This document shows, one piece after another, positions 8,718 to 16,900 of a stretch of 64,000 nt of DNA. Under the pieces are notes generated by a model. It saw only the letters and a list, made by a program, of their open reading frames with translations, was not told the DNA's origin and ran no database searches. Position 1 is the stretch's first letter; the number at the start of each line of letters is the position of its first letter. Both the position numbers and the translations under genes were made by a program. The DNA is taken from positions 45,883 to 109,882 of the IMG/VR virus record IMGVR_UViG_3300020316_000005; one strand, written 5' to 3'. This stretch comes from a virus (taxonomy: Duplodnaviria; Caudoviricetes).

Positions 8718-8933
8718 CTATATCTTCCTGATAGATCTGTAACGAGGATTTGTTTTGACTTCCTCACTAACCATCTCACCAAATTCTGTAACACATTCGC
8801 ACCATTTTTTTCTCGCTTCTATGGTTGCTTTAGTGTGTTTTGTCTCTATATTTTCAAATAACGCAAACCATTCGCACCAGAGGGAAGCACACTGATTAGA
8901 TTTTGTTTCAAGGTGCTCCTCTCTGTACGCCAA
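8718..8933 (-). CDS. Hypothetical protein
   Basis: Fills the gap on the coding strand; GGA RBS-like site upstream. Confidence 0.6.
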   Translation of the reverse strand: MAYREEHLETKSNQCASLWCEWFALFENIETKHTKATIEARKKWCECVTEFGEMVSEEVKTNPRYRSIRKI

Positions 8934-8946
8934 TCATTCCTCACTG

Positions 8947-9231
8947 CTACTCTCTATTCCACCACTGCTCTGCGCCTTCACCATATTTCTCACCAAAAGT
9001 ATCAAGATCTTGTATTCGTTTATCCCAGGTATCACCACCTGTGGATCCCTTCATAGGATTGATACATTGGTTATCTGCTAGTCTGTTGCAGACGAGACCA
9101 GCAAGATCAAGTTCATTACCCTTTACTCCTGTACCAGACCAACGGTGTTCACCATTGATCCAGGTTGCGCCACATTTCGGGCATTCCTTTCTGCTCATAA
9201 ACAGATCGGACAGCTCTTTATCAGCGGTCAT
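8947..9231 (-). CDS. Cys-containing hypothetical protein
   Basis: CPKC...LAGLVCN...CINP pattern; coupled with the upstream gene. Confidence 0.7.
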   Translation of the reverse strand: MTADKELSDLFMSRKECPKCGATWINGEHRWSGTGVKGNELDLAGLVCNRLADNQCINPMKGSTGGDTWDKRIQDLDTFGEKYGEGAEQWWNRE

Positions 9232-9442
9232 TAGGATTGTTCTCCTTGATTAGTTGTGTGTATTTGGCGGTGTCTCTAAGCAAAGATCGCTTGAGTTTCC
9301 TTTTCATCAGATACATCCTAAACCTGATCCAGGAATACCGCAACTCTAGATCCACATATGCGAATAACCTCATCGTTGCATCATACCCTGCTACAGCGAA
9401 CAGGATGGTTACAAAGACAAGGATAAGGTATACACCTGCCAT
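9221..9442 (-). CDS. Small membrane hypothetical protein
   Basis: N-terminal TM helix, basic C-terminus. Confidence 0.65.
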   Translation of the reverse strand: MAGVYLILVFVTILFAVAGYDATMRLFAYVDLELRYSWIRFRMYLMKRKLKRSLLRDTAKYTQLIKENNPNDR

Positions 9443-9481
9443 AGTGGTATCATCCAGATACAGAAATTATACCACTATTTA
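9441..9481 (-). promoter_or_regulatory. Late-promoter core TAAATA plus extended -10 (TGGTATAAT) within a 10-bp inverted repeat covering the start codon
   Basis: atagtggtat (9441-9450) and ataccactat (9469-9478) are a perfect inverted repeat; tattta at 9476-9481. Confidence 0.7.
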
Positions 9482-9486
9482 ATAAA

Positions 9487-9924
9487 TTAGCACTTCCACT
9501 TTCTAAGTGCGAGTGCTTTACGTGTTGGTTTCCCATTTTCGTCCTTCATTGGACCTTTCATACCACCCATACGGGCACAGAAAGATCTCTTACGAGGACC
9601 ACCTTCGGGTTGAGGTGCCTTCAAATCTGAACCAGGGTTCTCTCTTTCATAGGACTTACGTCCTTTCTCATTCAGACCACCAGAAGGATTCTTTCCTTCT
9701 TTGCGCTGCCAAGCACTTTCCTTGACATCAGCAGCTGCTTTTCCAGAATACTTTCTCTTTGAATTACGTTTCGCTGTATCGTCAATCTCTTTCATTTTAA
9801 GAGCGTGACTCATTTTTCTACGAATAGACGGTCTACCAATAGGAGGATTAGTCCTATCAATAACACGTGCAACCTTTAGGGCTACACCCTCGTCAAATTC
9901 GTGGAACTCAGCGAAAGTCTTCAT
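9487..9924 (-). CDS. Basic protein (DUF6321-like C-terminus) with a T4 capsid-targeting-like N-terminus
   Basis: Starts MKTFAEF; C-terminal module SAWQRKEGKNPSGGLN...SFCARM...ALRKWKC. Confidence 0.7.
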   Translation of the reverse strand: MKTFAEFHEFDEGVALKVARVIDRTNPPIGRPSIRRKMSHALKMKEIDDTAKRNSKRKYSGKAAADVKESAWQRKEGKNPSGGLNEKGRKSYERENPGSDLKAPQPEGGPRKRSFCARMGGMKGPMKDENGKPTRKALALRKWKC

Positions 9925-10064
9925 TGTTCTTGATTATGTTTTGGGTTAGAGGGGCAGTTCTCTTCGTGCTTCTCAATCCAAGTTTTAGGACGCCAATGTC
10001 CTTTGGGAGAAGTCAGACCGCAATACTGACACACATAAGTGCCATCTTCACGTCGTTCAGCCAT
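9921..10064 (-). CDS. Small C2HC zinc-finger-like protein (likely start 10064)
   Basis: CQYC...HEENC pattern; trimmed from the ORF-track frame 9921..10223. Confidence 0.6.
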   Translation of the reverse strand: MAERREDGTYVCQYCGLTSPKGHWRPKTWIEKHEENCPSNPKHNQEQ

Positions 10065-10743
10065 AGTGAAATTTCCTGTCTTTGGTTTTCTTAGGTAGTT
10101 TAGCAGATCGTACCTTCGTGGATGACGTTTCGCCATACCCTTCAGGATGTTTTCCGCCTTTTGCCTTACCGATGGAATCAGACTTAGCCTTACTTCCTTT
10201 CTCGGTATAATGTAGTTTAGCATCTTTTCCAGGCTTTTTGGTAATCACGGATTCTTGACCGTGCTTCCTACCCAGACGACGCATCACTTTACCAAAGCGG
10301 CGTCTCGACATCTTATCAGGTTTGGACGTGTGATATGAAACCTCACGACCAGTTTTACCGTCGGCATACTTGTATTCACCGACGCCTTTCTTGTGTCCGA
10401 TACCGTGCTTCTTGAGATCTTTCTCAAGACTCTTACGCTTTTCACGGTTCTTCTTCTCGTCAGAACCACGGTCAGCAGAAATGTGTCCAGTATCTTTTTT
10501 CTTTGCTTTGTCCATTGCACGTGCGAGACCACCCTCAGCAATGAAGGTTCCGAACGGCATCAAGTAGGACTGAGTTTGCATCATCATATCCGTGCTACCT
10601 CCTCTTTGGACAGTCTTTCTTTGTAGTTGTAATCTTCTCAAGTTGAGCATCAGTTGCCTACGATCAAGCATCTGCTTTTGCTTCTTAACTTGATTACCAG
10701 CACCACCTTTTTGTTGCTGTTGTTCTGGTTGATTTTCCATCAC
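10057..10743 (-). CDS. Putative SAM lyase (T3 SAMase-like) domain protein
   Basis: ISADR...N...L, GEY, REVS, QESV and AKLHY occur in the same order as the remembered T3 SAMase / Svi3-3 motifs. Confidence 0.6.
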   Translation of the reverse strand: MMENQPEQQQQKGGAGNQVKKQKQMLDRRQLMLNLRRLQLQRKTVQRGGSTDMMMQTQSYLMPFGTFIAEGGLARAMDKAKKKDTGHISADRGSDEKKNREKRKSLEKDLKKHGIGHKKGVGEYKYADGKTGREVSYHTSKPDKMSRRRFGKVMRRLGRKHGQESVITKKPGKDAKLHYTEKGSKAKSDSIGKAKGGKHPEGYGETSSTKVRSAKLPKKTKDRKFHYG

Positions 10744-11021
10744 TGACGAGCAACTTTAGTACACTTGAGACCATTACCATCGATAGTTTCGAGTGCATCT
10801 TTCTCAAGATACATAACACCGCCTGCTTCGATGCTGACAGTACGCGAACCCAGTGCAACATACTTGGTGCCATCACCACGGGCGCTAACAACAGCAGCGT
10901 CATCAATCGTCAAAACAATGGTTGCTCCAGTGTCATTCACAACACGTACAGCAGTTGCTTTGCTCAAGTTAGTTGCACTACTGAGAGTCACCTCAGCAGC
11001 CATTACTCTTACTCTATCCAT
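10740..11021 (-). CDS. Hypothetical beta-rich protein, possibly structural
   Basis: Directly downstream of a late promoter; composition suggests beta strands. Confidence 0.7.
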   Translation of the reverse strand: MDRVRVMAAEVTLSSATNLSKATAVRVVNDTGATIVLTIDDAAVVSARGDGTKYVALGSRTVSIEAGGVMYLEKDALETIDGNGLKCTKVARQ

Positions 11022-11044
11022 TTCTGATTACAGGGTGGTGTGTA

Positions 11045-11503
11045 CTATTTATCATTTTGTTTCTGTTGTTTCAGAAACTTGGCAAGTTCTGCTGTGCTAC
11101 CAACGAACATAGTGTTGTTAGTGACATTTTGTGCTGCCTTACCTTGTGGACCTTCTTCCAGTTCCTGCATCTTTTTCTGCAGGTCGATAAGTTTGTCCGT
11201 AGTGTCAGCAATATTTTTAATCATATTGCCAGCGACTTCATATGCTCTAGGAGAATCGGACTCTTGTGCTAACTCAAGAATACCGTCAACTGCCTCTTGA
11301 CCCTTTTCGATTAAAGAGTATAAGTTCCCACGAGTATATTCATAGTCTTTGGAAACTTGTTCTGATGTTGCAGCAGGAACTATCTCAGCAGTTTTTTTCT
11401 CTGCTGGTACGATTTGGGTTTCAACATCAAGAGCATCTTCAATACCCTCATACTTTTGAAACTTATTCGTCGTTTCCTGTGACTGGGTTTCTTGAGAGTC
11501 CAT
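11045..11503 (-). CDS. g16: Terminase small subunit gp16 (likely start near 11503)
   Basis: DYEYTRGNLYSLIEKGQEA, PRAYEVAG and FVGSTAEL motifs; follows g15. Confidence 0.93.
   Translation of the reverse strand: MDSQETQSQETTNKFQKYEGIEDALDVETQIVPAEKKTAEIVPAATSEQVSKDYEYTRGNLYSLIEKGQEAVDGILELAQESDSPRAYEVAGNMIKNIADTTDKLIDLQKKMQELEEGPQGKAAQNVTNNTMFVGSTAELAKFLKQQKQNDK
11046..11052 (-). promoter_or_regulatory. Late promoter ATAAATA
   Basis: Overlaps the g16 stop region, about 25 nt upstream of the next ATG. Confidence 0.7.
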
Positions 11504-12260
11504 CTGTAAATTCACTGAATAGTTCATTAAAACCAAAGTTGTCGTCTGGATCTGCCGTAATGGGATCAGGCGTGACGGTATAACGTTGTTCACGAGGTGC
11601 AGTCCTCTTAGAATCCAACGCAGTATCAACGATTGCCTTCTTGATAAGCTTATCGGTTGTATCGGTAACGGGACCGTACAGATAAGTCTTAGCGGTAAAC
11701 GACAGTGTGTAGATCAGAGTTCTACGTGTTGTATAGTCTCCCTCATAATCATCTTCATAAGATACTGAGTTGAGAGACACTGGGAAATCCTTTGATTCTC
11801 CAAGTTCAGGAACTAGGTTGATCGTGATATTGAAGAATGGTTGGAAGAACGGAAGAATCTGCTCTAGAATTTGTAGACCATCATCTTGGTTCTTCGACAT
11901 AATTGCCAGTTCAAAATCCACATTGTATGGAACTGGCATAAAGGATTTCTTAGTTTTACCGTCCGACTGAACGTGACGGAGCACCTGTGTAGGTGAAACT
12001 TTTCTGGTTGCATCGTAAGAGAATCCAGAGATCTCAAACGAGATTCTGGGCAAGGTAATCTGAATAGCGTCTTTAGTTGTCAGATCACCAACCTGTCTCA
12101 AACGAGCAAGGAATTTTTCTTTAGGACCATATGCCAAAGGCACCTTCATAACTTCAGTCTTGGATCCACTTGTTCGTTTGATCTCAATGTTATTGAAGAG
12201 TGTACCGAAAGCAACTACAGTCTTTCTAAAGATTTCATTGTAAGAGTATGTACCTAGCAT
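11463..12260 (-). CDS. g15: Tail sheath stabilizer/terminator gp15
   Basis: FGTLFNNI, KVPLAYGPKEKF, LPRISFE and QILEQILPFFQP motifs. Confidence 0.96.
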   Translation of the reverse strand: MLGTYSYNEIFRKTVVAFGTLFNNIEIKRTSGSKTEVMKVPLAYGPKEKFLARLRQVGDLTTKDAIQITLPRISFEISGFSYDATRKVSPTQVLRHVQSDGKTKKSFMPVPYNVDFELAIMSKNQDDGLQILEQILPFFQPFFNITINLVPELGESKDFPVSLNSVSYEDDYEGDYTTRRTLIYTLSFTAKTYLYGPVTDTTDKLIKKAIVDTALDSKRTAPREQRYTVTPDPITADPDDNFGFNELFSEFTDGLSRNPVTGNDE

Positions 12261-13126
12261 TAGTTAGCGCCTCCGATTTCACCGAAGGGATTGGATTGCG
12301 TAAAGTCAAGAATGGAATCTGCCTCAGTCTCAAATAATTGATTCTGATCGTATTCCGAATTTGTATTATTTAGAGTATTGTAACTGCTAGTGGTCCAGGC
12401 AGCACCAGAAGTCTGACCTGTGAGAGTCTCGGGAATAGTAAAGATGCCTGTTCTGTTATAGACTTGCAGTTGTCTATTTGCACTATCGAACGACTTGACT
12501 TCTGCCTGAACGTTGGATGTGCCACCAACAATAGTTTCACCAACAGTAAATGTACCAGTACCACCTTCTGCAAAGTTGATGGTAATGGTTTGATCCAGAT
12601 TGCGTTCGATAACATCGATTGCTTCGACGCCAGTGTCGAGATCCTCGCCGCTGTACTCGTACAGCTCACACTTGAGACCCCAGACGTGAATCTTGTTTAA
12701 CTGATAGAAAGGTTGTTCGTGCTCAACATATTGAATCTGGAACAACTTACCTGCCAGCGGGAAGTATATAAGGTCACCTTCATTAGGTCTTCCTTCTACA
12801 ACCAGGGTTGTATTGTCATCAACGAGATCTTGGAATCTCTTACGTGCAATGATGAAGTTTACCTGGTCCGAAATACGAACACCAAACTTGGAAAAGAGAT
12901 CTCCATCTCCACCAAATCCCTGAACGTTTTCTAGATACGCTTCAATTTGATATGCTGAGTCAAAAGAAGACAGAGCATCTTCGCCAAATACTTGATCCTC
13001 ACCCACCAAAGTTCTGGGGATATAATAAACGTCTGTCCCGAACATCTTAATTTGTTCGACGACAAGATCCTCCACGAGCTGCTGCTCGCCAGTTGTACCT
13101 TGAGTGAAATAGGAATTAGTAGGCAT
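12260..13126 (-). CDS. g14: Neck protein gp14
   Basis: EQIKMFG, YYIPR, FSKFG, RPNEGDLIYFP and C-terminal NPFG. Confidence 0.96.
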   Translation of the reverse strand: MPTNSYFTQGTTGEQQLVEDLVVEQIKMFGTDVYYIPRTLVGEDQVFGEDALSSFDSAYQIEAYLENVQGFGGDGDLFSKFGVRISDQVNFIIARKRFQDLVDDNTTLVVEGRPNEGDLIYFPLAGKLFQIQYVEHEQPFYQLNKIHVWGLKCELYEYSGEDLDTGVEAIDVIERNLDQTITINFAEGGTGTFTVGETIVGGTSNVQAEVKSFDSANRQLQVYNRTGIFTIPETLTGQTSGAAWTTSSYNTLNNTNSEYDQNQLFETEADSILDFTQSNPFGEIGGAN

Positions 13127-13127
13127 C

Positions 13128-13922
13128 TTATCCGATCATATCTAGGGGTGGCATTTCGTATGTAGCGCGAAGTTTCTCTTCCAGTGCTTGCAGTTCTTCA
13201 ACAGCATCACTGTAGATCTTTTCGCCATTGAGGGTAACACCACCAGGAAGTTGTACGTTTTGGAACTTCGTCAGGTTGGTACCCCAATACTTTTTGATCA
13301 GTGCAGTTGCATAATCTTTGACCCACATAGTCCCGTAGATTTTGGACCAATTAGCAGGATCAAGTGCACGCACACAATCGATAATGATATATTCATCTTC
13401 ACGGATGTCGGATAAAACATCCATATCAATGTACAGACGATTGTTGACTTGGTTATATCTTGTAGGTTTCATACCTTCCAGAAGGAAGTTGATAGTCTCC
13501 AAGTGTGTCTGAATCATAAAGTAATGATAGAACTGTGTTGATGTGAAATCAAACAAATCATTCAGTCTCAACTGGTAACGAATGTCGAACATATTCTGAG
13601 TACCTTTATCTTGGAAAGAAAAGATACCGTTGACAGAAGTTACGTGGTCGGGAACTGTAATATAATTGTTCTGTGTAAAGAACTCATTACTACCAACAGT
13701 CTCAGTGGTATTTGTCCTAAACGCATCAATCTCTGCCTGAGAGAATTGGTGCTTCAGGAAAACTTTCTCACTACCACTGTAGTGGAACTCTTGGAACATC
13801 TCGATAGTGTAATCGAGAGCATCATCAACTTGATCATCAGATACATTAACTTCCAAGACTGGTTTACCCAATCTACGGAGCGCATACTCCTTGAGTTCTG
13901 CTTTGCTTGTTGGATTAGCCAT
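13128..13922 (-). CDS. g13: Neck protein gp13
   Basis: LRRLGKPVLEVNV, WVKDYATALIK and LPGGVTLNG motifs. Confidence 0.96.
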   Translation of the reverse strand: MANPTSKAELKEYALRRLGKPVLEVNVSDDQVDDALDYTIEMFQEFHYSGSEKVFLKHQFSQAEIDAFRTNTTETVGSNEFFTQNNYITVPDHVTSVNGIFSFQDKGTQNMFDIRYQLRLNDLFDFTSTQFYHYFMIQTHLETINFLLEGMKPTRYNQVNNRLYIDMDVLSDIREDEYIIIDCVRALDPANWSKIYGTMWVKDYATALIKKYWGTNLTKFQNVQLPGGVTLNGEKIYSDAVEELQALEEKLRATYEMPPLDMIG

Positions 13923-13928
13923 TAGTTA

Positions 13929-16900
13929 TCAGCGAGTGAGAGCGGCAAGTGCTGCCTTGAGTTGAGTCACAGTTGTGATAGAAGCATCATTACCGATCGC
14001 GTTGAGAGCGGTGAAGAGATCATCAATGTCAGTATCATTGGTGTCTGCCTGCGTGCCCTGTGCAGCAGTTGCATATGCAGTGCTGTCAGTAGCAGCGGCA
14101 CTACCCAGAGTGGGTTTGCCAGTCAGGTCAGCATAAGCACCAGAGAATAATGTAGGTTTGCCAGTCAGATCTGCATATGCTCCAGAGAAGAGCGTAGGCA
14201 GGTTGCCAAGATCATTGTAGGATCCAGTGGTTGCTACGGTTGCCAGGTCACCTGGTTGTGTAGCGGAATCTGCCAGAGCACCCTGTGCAGTAGTAGCAGC
14301 GAGAGCACCGATACGAGCATCAACACGAGCCTGTGTGTAATAAAGGTTGGTGCCTTCTGCAAGATCACCAGTGTCCTTAGCAGCGAATCCTGCATCAACT
14401 CTTGCGTCAGCACGAGCTTGTGTATAGTAAAGGTTTGTTCCTTCAGTAAGATCGCCAGTATCCTTAGTAGCGAGACTTGCGTCAAAGCGTGCCTCAGTAT
14501 AGAAGATGTTCGTAGAACCTTCTGTAAGGTTGTCTGTATTGATGTCTGCGGGAACTGCGGACAACGTAAGCATATTGCCTGCGTCATCATACGTTGCCGA
14601 AATACCTGTGCCGCCAGTAATCAGGTTAGCAACACGATCATCAACTCTCTCCTCGGTGAAGTAGAGGTTGGTAGATCCTTCAGTCAGAGCATCAGTATCG
14701 TGGTTTGCGATAGAACCAACCTGAGACTGGAAGAAGGTAATGGTTCCAGTAACGTTCAAGTTACCCTGAACCTCAAAGTTCGTCGTGGAGACGAAGTTCG
14801 TAACACTCAGAGTGTTAGAGAACGGGTTGTAAGTGAGGTTCTGAGAGTCAACAAACGCACCAGTGTGACCAGTGTTTGCAGCAGCAAACATTGGATAGAA
14901 GGTGGTGTTGTTGTTCGTATTTGTAATATCAATGTTGTCTGCATTAGTTGCAGTACCTGTCACATCACCAGTCAAGTTACCAGTGATTTGACCAGTAACA
15001 CCCAGAGTGCCACCGATAGTCGTTGCTTGTGCAACGTTCAGAGTACCGTCGGTGCTGATGTTACCGTTGGTTGCAGTGATTGTGGTCTTAACACCACCGC
15101 TGCCACCGACCATAAAGTTGCCGCCAACGTTCAGTCTCTTGGAGATGGATGCACCACCAGCAGTGTAGAACGCAGCAGAAGTGTTGTTGTATCCAGTAGA
15201 GTCGGAAGACTTCAGGATACGCATAATACCGCTAACGTTAGTGGTAGAGTTCGAGTTGCTAATAGCAATCGAAGTACCGCTAAAGTCAACATTGTTATCA
15301 GCGTTAAGAACGCCAAGTTCAGTTGTTCCAGTAACGTCAAGAGCACCAGCAATATCTGTGTTACCAGTTGAAGATGCAACGACAAACTTGTTAGTATTGA
15401 TGGAGAAGTTACCACCAAGAGTCAAAGTAGACTGGAGATCCGCAACACCAGATGCTGACAGAGATGTCAGAGTTGTTGCACCAGTGACACCCAAGGTACC
15501 TGCAACAGCACTGTTACCAGTAGGTCCGTCAACAGTGAAGTTACCAGCACCAACGTCGAGGTCATCACCGATGAATGCTTTCTTGGTTACTGCAAGACCA
15601 CCAGAGGTGAAGATAGAAGCACCATTGTTGGTTGCGCTAATTGCATCACTTGAATTATTAAAACGTGCTTTCTCTGTATAAGTTTGAATGCCTGCATAGT
15701 TGACAGTTCCATCAATGACGGAGTTGCCATAAACGCGAACATCACCTTGAGCAACCAGATTGCCACCGATAGATGCACCACCCGTAACTCTAAGAGCACC
15801 GTCACCACTGTAAGAACCAGTTGTGGTTGCAGCAGATGCGTTAGTAATGGTGGTGATTCCAGTAACACCCAGGCTGTTATTGACGTTAGATGCACCACTG
15901 ACATCAAATGTGCCACCAACTGTTGTGTTAGAGGTCACTGCAAGGGTGCTAGACAGCGTTGTAGCCGCTGTTACGCCCAAAGTGCCACCGACGGTTGTAT
16001 TGCTGCTTACAGCGAGTCCTTGTTGGAGGGTTGCTTGTCCAGCAGATGTGAACGTACCTGCAACAAGAGTGTTACCAGACGAAGAGGCAACAGTAAACTT
16101 ATTAGTATTAACTCTAAAGTCGCTGGTAAGATCGAAGTCACCAGTTACATCAAGGTTGCCACCGATTGCTGTATCATCGGCAACTGAGAGGTCATCTCCC
16201 ACATAAAGATCCATACCGATGCCAGCACCGCCGCCAACGATAAGAGCACCAGAAGAAGAGTTAGTTGCGTTGGTTGTATCGAATAGTTTGATTGAACCTG
16301 CATCGATACCTGATCTTGTTCCTGAGAATGCTTCACTTGAATTTGTTGCGTTATGATAAAGAGCAAATCTTGAGGCAGAATTATCCCAACCAAAGAAACC
16401 GATCTTTGCGCTGCCAGAATAATATCTAAACTCAATACCTCTGTCCTTAGCATCTGCCTGAGAAGGAGCAGTATCGCCACCCAGAGTAAAGACGGGATCA
16501 TCCAGAGTCTGAGTTGTGGAGTTAATAGTTGTTGTAGAACCATTAACAGTCAGGTTTCCTTCCAGTACGGTGTTTCCATCAACTGTAAAGTCACCATTAA
16601 CAGTAGCGTTGTCAGTAAAGGTAGCATCGCTATTAACTGTCAATGTGTCAGAATTGGCATTACCAATAGTGACGTTGTGTGTAAATGAGGTCGGGTTGTT
16701 AAAGGTTGCCTCACCGTGGACTGTAAGGGTACCAGCAGAGTTAGAACCCTGACCCACACGTCCAATCTCGGTGTTACCAGATTCACCAAGGACACTGAAT
16801 TCAACAGTATCACCAGAATTCAGTTTACCGATGTATAGGTCATCACCAATGTGGAGGTCGGTAGCAATACCAGCACCACCATAAACTCTCAGGTTGGAAT

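Noticed and set aside
11504-11629. N-terminal extension of gp16
   Set aside because: It lies inside g15; gp16 similarity starts downstream.
14099-14700. Possible CRISPR array or DGR variable/template repeats
   Set aside because: The repeats are in-frame protein repeats varying at synonymous sites. There are no unique spacers, no adenine-specific pattern and no reverse transcriptase in the window.
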